Positions 1 to 11,459 of a stretch of 36,651 bases of DNA are shown piece by piece (the first letter of the stretch is position 1; the number at the start of each line of letters is the position of its first letter). Position numbers and translations under genes: made by a program. The notes under the pieces were generated by a model. It searched no databases. It was not told the origin of the DNA and saw nothing but the letters and a program-made list of their open reading frames with translations. This DNA comes from Octopus bimaculoides (lineage: Eukaryota), in NCBI RefSeq assembly GCF_001194135.2, contig NC_068987.1, forward strand, positions 96,088,126 to 96,124,776. Direction: 5' to 3'.

Positions 1-220
1 ATATATATATATATATATATACATAATCTCCTTGTCAATACTGAGATGGTTGTAGCATCCATTTTTGGAGGTTTGACTTCTTTGGACACCACTTTGTTCG
101 TCAATGCATTCACATGCAAAGAGTGAATGAAATCATGTATATAAACAGGTAGAGTGGGAGAAAGAGTGTGTTTGTGTGTGTGTACTGTAGATAATTAGTG
201 AAATAGTAAGATAAAATAAT

Positions 221-452
221 CAAGGCGGTGAGATGGCAGAAACGTTAGCACGCTGAACGAAATGCTTAACGGTATTTCGTCTGCTGTTACGTTCTGAGTT
301 CAAATACCGCCGAGGTCGACTTTGCCTTTCATCCTTTCTGGGTCGATAAATTAAGTACCAGTCACGCACTGGGGTCGATCTAATCAACTTAAACCCTTTG
401 TCTGTCCTTGTTTGTCCCCTCTTTGTTTAGCCCCTTGTGGACAATAAAGAAA
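221..452 (+). mobile_element. tRNA-derived SINE, family A (AAGGCGGTGAGCTGGCAG head)
   Basis: A-box-like head and B-box-like GAGTTCAAATACC; body recurs at 15476-15709 (-) and 28262-28500 (+); near-TSD TAAGATAAAATAAT (207-220) / TAAGATAAAAATAAT (453-467). Confidence 0.85.
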
Positions 453-859
453 TAAGATAAAATAATTAAACTGAGACCAATAGCTACATTGAGGCACTGT
501 TTCTATTTGATCTGCTTGCAGTATGTATAAGCGTGTATGCATATTTTCCACATGACTATGCTATGACTATTTGTGTGCGCGCACGCGCATGTGTGTATGT
601 ATGTGTGATTACATTGTTAAGTGTATTCTTCATGTATAAAGGCTGGATGAAATCTAGTTTTCTTAGGTCAAACAGCTATATTTATATATGTGTTGAAGTG
701 TATGTGTGTGTGGGGCATGTTTGTGTTTCTTAGTGAGTCACTGTTATGCTCTGTCAACTGTAAAATTGTCAACAAATGTCTTTTTTCTTCATTTCTCTAT
801 CATCATTACCATTGGTTGGAATTCATAACCAGCCAACAACAATACTAAGAAACCAGGAT

Positions 860-1105
860 GCATCCTGCTATTTATAGGATTCAAGAGTGTCAGCTCAGAC
901 TGGTTGGTAGTGTTGCTCAGTTTTCTGAGTTGGATCGCATACATTGTGCTCTCCTCTCTGAGGATCTAGCTGGGGGTGATGATTTGTGTTTGTTGGGCAC
1001 ATGCGACATGGTCACAGTGGATGAGGAAGTGTCTTGCAGAGATGGGGACTGACTGGGACACTGCTCAGAGGGCTGCTTGGGATGACCTAAGCAATTACCA
1101 ACAAA
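860..1105 (+). mobile_element. Decayed LINE (RTE-like) ORF C-terminal remnant
   Basis: Frameshifted peptides RIQECQLRLVGSVAQF and WSQWMRKCLAEMGTDWDTAQRAAWD resemble the RTE-type C-terminus (R-Q-L-R-x-x-G-H ... W-x-x-x-V-x-x-D-L). Recognised by eye. Confidence 0.55.
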
Positions 1106-1468
1106 TGCTGGATGTAGCAATGTGCTGTAATGTGCTTGCTTCCCAACCACATGGTTCCAGGTTCGGTCCCTACTCTAGCCTCGGGCCTGACCAGCCTTGT
1201 GAGTGGATTTGGTAGACGGAAACTGGAAAATGCTCATCATGTGTGTCTTTGTATCTGTGTTTGTCCACCACCATCACCACCACCACTTGACAACTGGTGT
1301 TGGTTTGTTTATATCCCCATAATTTAGTGGTTTGGCAAACGATACCAACAGAATAAAGTATCAGGCTTAAGAAAAAAAGCATTGGGATCAATTTGTTTGA
1401 CTAAAAACTCTTCAAGGCAGTACCCCAACATGGCCACAGTCTAATGACTGAAACAAGTAAAAGAGAAG
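1106..1468 (+). mobile_element. tRNA-derived SINE, family C (GTGGATTTGGTAGACGGAAACTG core)
   Basis: B-box-like GGTTCGGTCCC, shared core and GAAACAAGTAAAAGAG tail; further full or partial copies at 4945-5236, 19255-19415, 19735-19946, 21270-21475. Confidence 0.8.
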
Positions 1469-1517
1469 ATATATGTGTGTGTCTGTGTTTGTGTTTGTCC
1501 CCCACTACCCCTTGACA

Positions 1518-1899
1518 CGGTGGAGACACAATGGCCCAGTGGTTAGGGCAGCGGACTCGCGGTCATAGGATCGCAGTTTCGATTCCCAGATCGGGCATTG
1601 TGAGTGTTTATTGGAGTGAAAACACCTAAAGCTCCACGAGGCTCCGGCAGGGGGTGGTGGCGAACCCTGCTGTACTCTTTCACCACAACTTTCTCTCACT
1701 CTTACTTCCTGTTTCTGTTGTGCCTGTAATTCAAAGGATCAACCTTGTCACGCTGAATATCCCCCGAGAACTACGTTAAGGGTACATGTGTCTGTGGAGT
1801 GCTCAGCCACTTGCACGTTAATTTCACAAGCAAGCTGTTCCGTTGATCGGATCAACTGAAACCCTCGACGTTGTAAACGACGGAGTGCCAACACAACAC
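1518..1899 (+). mobile_element. tRNA-derived SINE, family B, nested in a family C copy
   Basis: A box GGCCCAGTGGTTAGG, B box GTTTCGATTCC, short CAA/CA tail; 11-bp TSD ACCCCTTGACA at 1507-1517 and 1900-1910; host SINE sequence resumes after it. Confidence 0.85.
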
Positions 1900-2528
1900 A
1901 CCCCTTGACAACTAGTGTTGGTTTGTTTATATCCCCCATAGCTAAGTTTTTTCAAAAGAAGCTGTTAAAATAGATACCAGACTTTAAGAATATGTATTGA
2001 AGGTGATTTATTTGACTAAACCCTTCGGAGTGGTGTTCTAGCATGATTGCAGTGTAATAACTGAAATAAAAGATAAAAGATGCAAATTCCTATGTCAAAA
2101 CACTATATTTTTTAAGGTAGTGTATTTGATCCAATATATGTGTGTGTGAGTGTATGATTTGTAAAAGAAAATATGTAAAGTCATTAAATCTGTCTCAGGA
2201 GTTCTTGTTTTGCTTATTTTTGTCTGTTATCATATTTATCATATTTTGTCTTTCTGCCCAACCACACTTTATCTTGGCATGGTGACATGACCAGCTTTTT
2301 TCATTGAAACTATGAAGTTTTCTTTTGAATGGAAAGGAATGTCTTATTCAACCCAAATGACTGACATGTTATATTAACAATGTCTTTTCACTGGTTTTTC
2401 CATCATGTCATGTTATGTCTCTTGGAACATTCTGAATCTGTCATTTATTACAGTTTGTATCTTTTTTTTTTTTTAGAAGCAATATTGTTTTAGTATAGAC
2501 TACTACAATATTGCTTTAGTATAGAATA

Positions 2529-2775
2529 TAAGGGTAAGTCAAAACTTATCTGCACTTTTTGTCCAAACTTTCTTTAAGTTGGCCGAACTACCTTCAGCAT
2601 TCTTGTGCTTAAAGATGGTATTTTTGTGGTACATAAGAGGTTTGAGCTTGATCGCTCCAGTTTTCTTTCTTGTGTTACAAAGTAAAAATGGCGTCTCTGC
2701 TGGCAGTGTGCACCCAAGAAGAAGTGAGATCAGTGATCCAGTTTCTCTAGTTTGAAGGTGTGTCAGTGAATAAGA
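2529..2775 (+). mobile_element. Mariner transposon 5' fragment
   Basis: TA followed by TAAGGGTAAGTC (mariner-like terminus); ATG at 2688 reads MASLLAVCTQEEVRSVIQFL*FEGV, matching the mariner N-terminal EEQRSVIxFL motif. Confidence 0.65.
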
Positions 2776-5412
2776 ACTGAACTGGACGCTGATGGCCTAT
2801 CTAACCCATGCCAGCATGGAAATGAGCATAAAATGGTATATAATCTATATCTGTTACTGTAACTTGTCCAGGTCTCAGAACTGTATAGATTAGCCAATAC
2901 ATCACAAGTTGTACTTCCAGTAAAACTAGTTACAAATTTACAGTGGTGGGGCTGAAAAGTTTCTGGCTTCGGGTAAAAGAAAATACAAGAGAATCAGTTA
3001 ATTATGATTTTATTCAACATATTCCCCTCACAAATTCACACACTTATTGCAGTGATCCTTCAGTTTTTCTAAGCCCTGTAATGAGTTGGACCTGGTTGGA
3101 GGTCCAACTCATTAAGGTTGGACCTCTAACCAGGTTTTTCGCAATACCCTTAAAGCCAGAAACTTTTCAGCACCTCTTTGTATATCTTTACATACATTAT
3201 ATTTGTTATTATTATATATGTTCCATACTCAACTGAGCACTCAATCCACTCTGTAGAGTAGTTTGCATTAGGAAGAGTATCCAGCCATAAAAGCCATGCC
3301 AAAACAGACAGTGGAACCTGGTGCAGTCTTCTGGCTTGCCAGCTCCTATCAAACCATCCAGCCCATACCAGTATGGAAAATGGAGACTAAATGATGATGA
3401 TGCTCCATCTTACAAGACTACTGACCTCATTCCGTTACTTGTCTCATACAAAAATAAATTACTTCTTATGCTTATAAATTTCCCATTATTCGTGTTAACC
3501 ATCTGTAATTGTATAATGACTTTTTCAAAGCTATTTCAGACTAATATAGATTTGGTGATAAAATCACTACTAGTATATCTTTCATGTATTAGATTTTTAT
3601 TGAATGGAAAGTAAAGTGAACTGGCTCAAATGATTCTCTCACAGCCATTTAACTTAAACAGAGTAGGATATAAAATCTTTCTCAACAAATGCCTTACATT
3701 TTGTTTCAAGGAGGAAAACCTGATTTGTTTTCTAAGCACCAAAATTTGGAGGGTGGAGACTTGTTATCACCAACGTTTTAAGATAACATGCCCCTACCCT
3801 CCCACCTACTAAAGGATGTTGATCCAGTAGGTGAGGCTCTGTGAAATTCTTTTATTCATGTTAGAAAAAGTAGCCACAACTAACTCAAACCACACTCTAT
3901 TTTCTTACAAAAGGACTTATTGGATAATAATAAAAAAGAAATCTAAGTCCTGTGGTTGGATTTTGAGTCCAGTCCCACAAAATCCTTGAGTAAGTGTTTT
4001 TTGACTATAGCCCTGGGCTGACCAAGGTTTTGTAAGTAAATTTGTTTAATAAAAAGTACGTGGAAACCAGTCGTGTGTGTGTCTGTCTCTTTGCTTTGTA
4101 CTATTTGGCAACTAGTGTTGGTTTGTTTATGTTCCTGTAACTTAGCAGCTTAACAAAGTGACAATAGAATAATTACCTGACTTCAAAGATAAAGTTCTGG
4201 CATTTTATTTTACTTACCTTGGAATATTGAAAGACAAAAGACCTGAGTGAGATTTGAAATCGGCACTCAAAGAGACNNNNNNNNNNCTGTCTCTTTGCTT
4301 TGTACTATTTGGCAACTAGTGTTGGTTTGTTTATGTTCCTGTAACTTAGCAGCTTAACAAAGTGACAATAGAATAATTACCTGACTTCAAAGATAAAGTT
4401 CTGGCATTTTATTTTACTTACCTTGGAATATTGAAAGACAAAAGACCTGAGTGAGATTTGAAATCGGCACTCAAAGAGACAAAACTGGTACTGCTAGTTA
4501 TTTCATTTGACACTCTACCGATTATGCCACTCCCTAAGAAAAGAAGTCACAGAAATGTTCTATAAGAAAACAGGGGATTTGTGTTTTGTTTTGCTTTGTA
4601 TGTGTTTGTGTGTTCAAAATGTAAAAGTTATTTCCTGAATGTCCTAGCTTATTTACATTTCAAAAAGTATAGTTTGCTGCGTTCTTTTTTGGTGACAAAG
4701 AAATTTTGACTTTGTGTTCTTCATTGAGTGAGTATTTGATTAGTAAACCAAGAAAAGTCTGTTCAGAAGGATTTTATTGTTGGGGTTTTTATTTTCTTCC
4801 CCCCTCTCCCCTCTTTTTCGACTGTTTGCTTTTTGCACGTGGACACTACACGTGGCCATCATGATAACTCATCATCAGCAATATCACCATCATCATCATA
4901 AATTAGTTAATATTTTGTTTGTAATATAGTGGAAGAAACACTAATGAGTGGATTTGGTAGACGGAAACTGAAAGAAGCCCATCATATTTATGTATATATA
5001 TATGTATGTGTCTATATGTTTGTGTGTCTGTATTTGCCCCCCCCCCCTCCAACATCGCTTGACAACCGATGCTGATGTGTTTACGTCCCCGTTACTTAGC
5101 GGTTCGGCAAAAGAGATCGATACAATAAGTACTAGGCTTCCAAAGAATAAGTCCTGGGGTCGATTTGCTCGACTAAAGGCGGTGCTCCAGCATGGCCACA
5201 GTCAAATGACTGAAACAAGTAAAAGAGTAAAGAGTAGAACAACAGGTTAAATGCTTCGCAGTTTTTATTTACATTACATACCTTTGTGTTCTGAAATCAA
5301 TCAAATCCTGCCAAGTTCTGTTTCACCTTTCATCTATTTGGAGAAAGAATTACATAACTGTATCCTCCTCCAAAAGTTTTGGATGTGTTCACCATCATCA
5401 TCATCATATATA

Positions 5413-5795
5413 TAAGTAAGATCGTTGCCAGTGCCCCTGGACTGGTTCTTGTGCGGGTGGCACATGAGATGCACCATTTTGAGCGTGGCCGTTGCCAGTA
5501 CCGCCTGACTGGCTCCTGTAGGATTTTCGAGCGAGATCGTTGCCAGTGCCCCTGGACTGGCTTGTGCGGGTGGCACATAAAAGACACCATTTCGAGCGTG
5601 GCCGTTTTCGTGCGGGTGACACGTAAAAGCACCCACTACACTCTCTGAGTGGTTGGCGTTAGGAAGGGCATCCAGCTGTAGAAACTCTGCCAAATTAGAT
5701 TGGAGCCTGGTGTTGCCATCCGGTTTCACCAGTCCTCAGTCAAATCGTCCAACCCATGCTAGCATGGAAAGCGGACGTTAAACGATGATGATGAT
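5413..5795 (+). mobile_element. Young RTE LINE 3' UTR (5'-truncated at the ORF stop)
   Basis: Near-identical to 27268-27647 (-), where it directly follows an RTE ORF end; ends ...CGGACGTTAAAC(GAT)n. Confidence 0.85.
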
Positions 5796-7167
5796 ATACA
5801 CACACACATAAACATTTATACACATGCACACATACACACATATATAAATATACATATATGTATATCATCATTTAGTGTACATATTCCATGCTGGCATGGG
5901 CTGGACAGTTTGACAGGATCTCATGAGTCCAAGGACTGCTTTGGCATGGATTCTATGGCTGGATGCCCTTCATAACCTCTTTTACTGCATTTAGGAATGC
6001 TTTTTGGTGTCACCTGTACTGCTGTGGTTGTCATGCAGCTTACCTGATTATGAACTTTAGGGAACATAGGGTGGGGTCAGTTGCATGCCCAGGGAACAAG
6101 GGGTTAAATTATGAGAGGCGTCAAAAGTCAGACCAAGTTCTTATAGGAGATCTGCATGGCTTCTTACATTTAGTAGGAGAGATTTTGTTGTATATTTAAT
6201 GCACCTAATGCATGCTGCATCCACACACACATACACATCTAAATATTTGCTTGTATATGTGTTTGTATGAATTCATGTATATACATTTAGTAGAATTTTC
6301 CTTTGAACCACTAAGGATAAATTAGTATCATCAGAAATTCAGGATGCAAGTGTCAAATATTGGTGTGGTAATGTAGTATTATAAGCTCTGGGATGGACTT
6401 TTAATGATGGTTCAGGTTAGCAAATGATGATGAGGACGATGATGTGTGTGTGTGTGTGTGCGCGTGCTCACGTGCATGTGTGCATGTGTGTGTATAAAAG
6501 GAGAATGTCACAAATCGTTAGGGAAGAAGTTTGTATATAGTAGTTATTTTGTGTGTAAGTGCTTTCATTGTTCAACTTTACAAAAACACTCTATGAAAAC
6601 TTCCCCAAGAGTTTGTAACATTTTGTTTTTCAAATTTTTTCTTAATATAATTAACTTTAAAAACAAAAAGAAAATCCTTCTTTGAATATTGTGACTGTAT
6701 GAAGTTTTTTTTTTTTGAAAAACTTTTGATATTCCTGACCACATGGTTCTAGGTTCAGCACCACAGCTCTTGTTTTGTTAATATGCAACATTACACTTCA
6801 TATTCAAATATTATGTAATCTTTCCCTCGTTCAGAGAGAGAATACGTTTGTTACCAGCAGAGATAATAGCTTCTTGAACATCATTCTTACTCTAGCTGTG
6901 CAGTAACATTACTCTTGTTCTTTCCTCAATGACCATCAGTACAGCTTCTCATAATGCTAGGTCTATTACATTTTTGTCTTTGTGTAGCAAATGTTATTTC
7001 CTTTTTGCTTGCCCCTACAAAGTATGAAAAATGGCTAATATTTCCTTTAAACTATGCTTTTCTTACATTTATTCAAACCCCAAAGAATCCCTCCCATGCT
7101 AACAATTCTGCCAGTTTGCCGCCTTAGTTGTATTATAAATATTATCATGTAATAATAGTAGAAATAT

Positions 7168-7728
7168 CGGATCTTTTTTAAAACGGGGGCCACATTTTTC
7201 ATTAATGTTTTACGTAGTGTTTTTGGTACGGAAAGACTTTCAAACTTCGTATACTTATCTATTTTGTGTTATAGAACAGAAAAATATTTTTGTATTCGAA
7301 TTTATTTCATGTAAAAAATTGTGTTATTTCGATAATTTCAACCAATCACTGACGTCCATTCAGCCGATATACATTAAGTGCCGACTACATAAACAAACGA
7401 TTCTTCGTTTTATTTGCTTTTTTCATTTTAAATTTGCTTTAACCCTAATCCTAACCCTAACCCTAACCTTAGGGTTAGGGTTAGGGTTAATTGTTTCAGA
7501 ATCGTTTGTTTATGTAGTCGGCACTTAATGTATATCGGCTGAATGGACGTCAGTGATTGGTTGAAATTACAGAAATACGACAACTTTAACATGGAATAAT
7601 TTATGGATTTCTTTTTTTTTAAGAAGACTAAGAGAAAAAGATGTTTTATATGACACATTCTACCAGTGTTCCAAGTTTCAAAGTGTTTCGTTAATGAAAA
7701 ATGTGGCCCCCGTTTTAAAAAAGATCCG
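7168..7728. mobile_element. 561-bp fold-back MITE with telomeric (CCCTAA)/(TTAGGG) core
   Basis: Perfect 38-bp TIRs (7168-7205 / 7691-7728); 6-bp TSD AAATAT (7162-7167 / 7729-7734); perfect 72-bp inner inverted arms (7333-7404 / 7498-7569). Confidence 0.92.
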
Positions 7729-8186
7729 AAATATCATGCATAATATACAACGTAATAATTACATTTGCATTATATATGTAATAATTCAATTGTATGTTAT
7801 GTACTTTATTGTGTTTTGTCATGTGTGTGATCCCCTAGTCTATGGAAAAATTGTCTTGCATGAAAGCAGTTCATGATGCAGAAAAGACTGAGGACCACTG
7901 CAGTATAACATGGAATAGAAATTGTAAAAATGGTGTTGGTCTGGTTTCAAAGCAGTCTATTTTTTATCACTTAATCAGAGCATAAATATCAGTGTCTGAC
8001 TCTTTTCAGAGTCTCCAAGGCTGGTTGAAGGAAGGGAAAAAGTTATCCTCTAACCAGATACTTGTTCTGAATGCTTGTTACATAGATGTTGCAAAAAACA
8101 ACCAGGGGTCAGGTGGGGCTATTAAATTGAGCAATAGACTAATTTTATAGCCAAGCAATTTTTTTTTCTTAAAATATCCCATACGT

Positions 8187-8525
8187 TTGTTTTTTATATG
8201 GAACACAGAACGGAGAATAGGAATCTTGCTAGAACTGACAGTACCATGGGAAGAAAACATCGACAATGCAGAGAAACGAAAGGAGAAGAGATACGATAAA
8301 CTAATCGAAGAGTGCAGAGAACAGGGATGGACTGTCGAGTACTACCATCTGGCAGTGGGGGCTAGAGGCTTCATTGAAAGAAAAATGACAACGCTATTCA
8401 AGAGAAGATTTGCATTTTCAAGCTCGGAACTGTGAAAACTGATAAGGAGGATACAATAGGCGGTCGAAAAAGCCAGCTTCTATATATGGCTGAAGCGGGA
8501 AGACCAAATATGGCTTGAAAGTCAT
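8187..8525 (+). mobile_element. 5'-truncated RLE non-LTR retrotransposon (HERO/NeSL-like), endonuclease C-terminus
   Basis: IW...ILLELTVPWEENIDNAEKRKEKRYDKLIEECREQGW...VGARGF...AVEKASFYIWLKRE matches the PD-(D/E)xK restriction-like endonuclease tail; two in-frame stops. Confidence 0.85.
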
Positions 8526-9225
8526 AACATGCCTAGGTGAGACAGGCTGACACTGAAGTGGCTTCGTGCCCTCCATTGTCAGTTAAAGTTTAGACAGTGT
8601 CATGTGACAACTTGCTGGGGCTACTTGCTGGAGCCTAGCAGCGGGAAGTTTAGACAGTGTCACATGACAACTTGCTGGGGCAGCCTGCTGGAGCCTAACA
8701 GCAGGTATAAAAAGGGAAATTTGACATGACAATCATTCGGACGCTGACACTCGTTGATGCTGCATCAAAGAGGCCAGGGAATAGAAGAAAGAAGACGTGC
8801 ACCCAACACCAGAGCTGAAGACACCTCCGAAAGGAGGGGCCCCGCCACGTCAAAACGGTATAGGAGTAGGGGCCGAAACCGGACGTGGTTCCTCCTGATG
8901 ATGTCTTGAGCTAACTGGATCCTATAAAGGAGCTGTTGTGGTAGCAGACCATGAAACATGGTTGAAATTCCTGNNNNNNNNNNAACCATAGCGAGGGACA
9001 TTCCACAGTTGAATTAGAACAGTCACAAACAGTGAAAGAAGACATGCACCCAACACCAGAGCTGAAGACACCTCCGAAAGGAGGGGCCCCGCCACGTCAA
9101 AACGGTATAGGAGTAGGGGCCGAAACCGGACGTGGTTCCTCCTGATGATGTCTTGAGCTAACTGGATCCTATAAAGGAGCTGTTGTGGTAGCAGACCATG
9201 AAACATGGTTGAAATTCCTGTCTAA
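8526..9225 (+). mobile_element. GC-richer putative 3' UTR of the HERO-like element
   Basis: Follows the RLE stop; contains a 60-bp tandem duplication (8586/8646), several hairpins and a duplicated 187-bp terminal module; composition reverts to AT-rich after ~9225. Confidence 0.55.
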
Positions 9226-10558
9226 TAGAGGTTTACAGTGTTCCTTCATCATTTTACTATACTTTTACATTTGTATACTATTTCCTTCTTTTGTTTTTTT
9301 TAAAACTTTCTATAAACACTCCCCACACAATAAAACTATTTTTTATGCATTCATATTTATTTATTTATTTGTTTATTTTTGTCAACTGTCACACCAAATT
9401 CAACATGCTTATTTTTGTTTGGAAATTTAAAAAATTTCTACTTTCTGTTTTCTGCAAAATAATGAGATGCCAACTGAGTAATTGGATGATTAATTGACCA
9501 AAGTATGCATGACATTAGTCGCTATAATAGGAAGGGAAAACCTTACTAATTAAAAATGTCAACGTAAACTCTGCAAAAGATGATGTCCATAACAGCAGAA
9601 CTAACTTGCAACTGACTGAATAAATTGGCAATTTCGAATTTTGGTCTCGTGTAAGATAATAATTTCTGGGTCTGGCAGGTGAGGTGGCATTAGAATTTAA
9701 TTTTATCTCAATTTATCTTATTATAGTCGTGTTTCTATATTGCCATGCATTATTAATATATCAAAAAACAACGTGCACACATTCACGTTTCAGCTGTCTG
9801 ACTACAGAAATAGAAAATTTTGTAGGCAATGCAAATATGTCTTCTGTATAAAGCTTCAAAGTTTCATTCTTTCTCCATTATGATTTAAAGTTGAGACTCT
9901 GCTAACATACCATTTATGTTACCCATTTGTCAGTAGATAGAGTACAATAAATTTAATTTAATGCCTCCAAATACATTGTGAAAAGAACACACTAGTTATA
10001 GCAATATTACATATGGGTAGTTGGGGACAGTAATAGTAAAAAAATAAATACCCACAACTGTACTTATAATAATTACATCATTGTCATCATCAGCACCATC
10101 AGCGTAGCTTTCTTCATCCACATCAGGCTAACATTATGTTATTGTTTTCTGCTTGTGTTCCCTATTCACATGTACTTGATATGTCTCTTGGATTCTGGCT
10201 GCTTCATGATCTTTTTCTTGTTTCACTATTGTACAGCATCTTACAGTAGGCCATATTACACTCGTCTGTAGCCTTGGACCTGCCCAGCATAGGGACCTAG
10301 TATAGCTCTTAGAGCCATTGAGGCTCACAGGCTAGCATACAACAACAAGGACTGGTCCTTGTGATGGATTGTTAACTATACATATCTATATAAACTAGAT
10401 GTATGGAACAACTCCAGGAAATTATCAACATCCTGCTCATTAAAAGTAGAGATTAAGATTGAGGGGCTAATTACTATAATAGATAATTCTATTCTGAGCA
10501 AGTTAGGTCTTTCTGTATAATCTACAATGGATTTTGAAACCATACATATCATTATATA

Positions 10559-11459
10559 CAAGGTGGTATCCTATAGTTCCCAGACTAGTTCTGTAGAGTG
10601 CCAACAGATGGCAGTACATGCTTGCATACACAGTGAGCACCAGCGTTGACCGTCATGAGGTAGTGTGCCAAGTGATATCACTGTGTTTACTTCACAAGTT
10701 GTGGAATTTGTGTTTATCTGATCATGTGCATGCTGTAGTCTGCAATTTTGTTATAGTCAGGAACAAAGAGCCAGTGTGAAATTTTGCATTAAACTTGGGA
10801 AGTCTGCTACAGGGACATTGATCATGCTTCAGCAAGCTTACAGTGACAAGGCAATGGGTTGTACACAATGTTTCAAGTGGTATGGACACTTCAGAAGCTG
10901 AAAAACATCCCTAGAAGATGAGCGATCAGGAAGACTTGTCACAAGCATCACCCTTGGAAATGTGGTATTGTGCCTCGAGAATTTGTCCTCCTAGGGCCAG
11001 ACTGTCAACTAAGAAAGAGTTCTCCTGTGATGTTTTGAAACATTTGAGGGAGGGCATTCAGTGAAAGTGACTGGATCTGTAGAGTGCAAAGAATCGGATT
11101 TTTTACTGAGCTCTCCTCACCTGTGAGCTTCTTGCCATAAACAACATGGTATCACTTCTACACTCACTCAATTCCCCAGATCTAGCACCTGTAGACTTCC
11201 ATCTCTTCCTCAAGATGAAAATGCAGCTCAAAGGTTACCATCGTAATACCATTGTCGAGATCCAGAGCGAATTGCAGAAGGTCCTTGACTCGCTTACAGA
11301 AAATTACTTTCAGGCTGGATTTCGAAAGTGGCAGGAATGCTGGGACCAGTATATTGCTGCACAAGGTGACTATTTCAAAGGAGATGATTTTGAAACTTAG
11401 GTAAATAAGTTATTTTTTATTAAACATAAGTAGTCTGGGAACCTTTTGATAACACCTTG
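10559..11459 (+). mobile_element. Internally deleted mariner element (901 bp, pseudogenised transposase)
   Basis: TA TSDs (10557-58, 11460-61); imperfect ~30-bp TIRs CAAGGTG...TTCCCAGACTA; EQRASVKFCIKLGKSAT (HTH), RSGR, GIVxxEF..GQTVN and NSPDLAPVDFHLF (YSPDLAPxD) motifs with stops and frameshifts. Confidence 0.9.

Noticed and set aside
1531-1590. tRNA gene
   Set aside because: A and B boxes are present, but it is the head of a TSD-bounded SINE and forms no complete cloverleaf.
4083-4480. Exact ~194-bp direct repeat (4083-4276 / 4287-4480)
   Set aside because: The copies directly flank a 10-N gap with no unique sequence between them: the signature of an unmerged contig overlap.
5330-5729. 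72-131 aa ORFs over the RTE UTR (also 27331-27811)
   Set aside because: They recur only because the UTR is repeated; they are antisense or off-frame to the true RTE ORF.
7438-7490. Head-to-head telomeric repeats as evidence of an ancestral chromosome fusion
   Set aside because: Only a few units, located at the centre of a TIR- and TSD-bounded MITE.
8896-8973. CTGATGA ... GAAA hammerhead-like words in the HERO-like 3' UTR (also 9143-9220), and CTGAAGA-cacctcc-GAAA at 8815-8832
   Set aside because: No valid stem II closing pair next to the core and no NUH with a stem I partner; the GAAA words are better explained as loops of simple hairpins.
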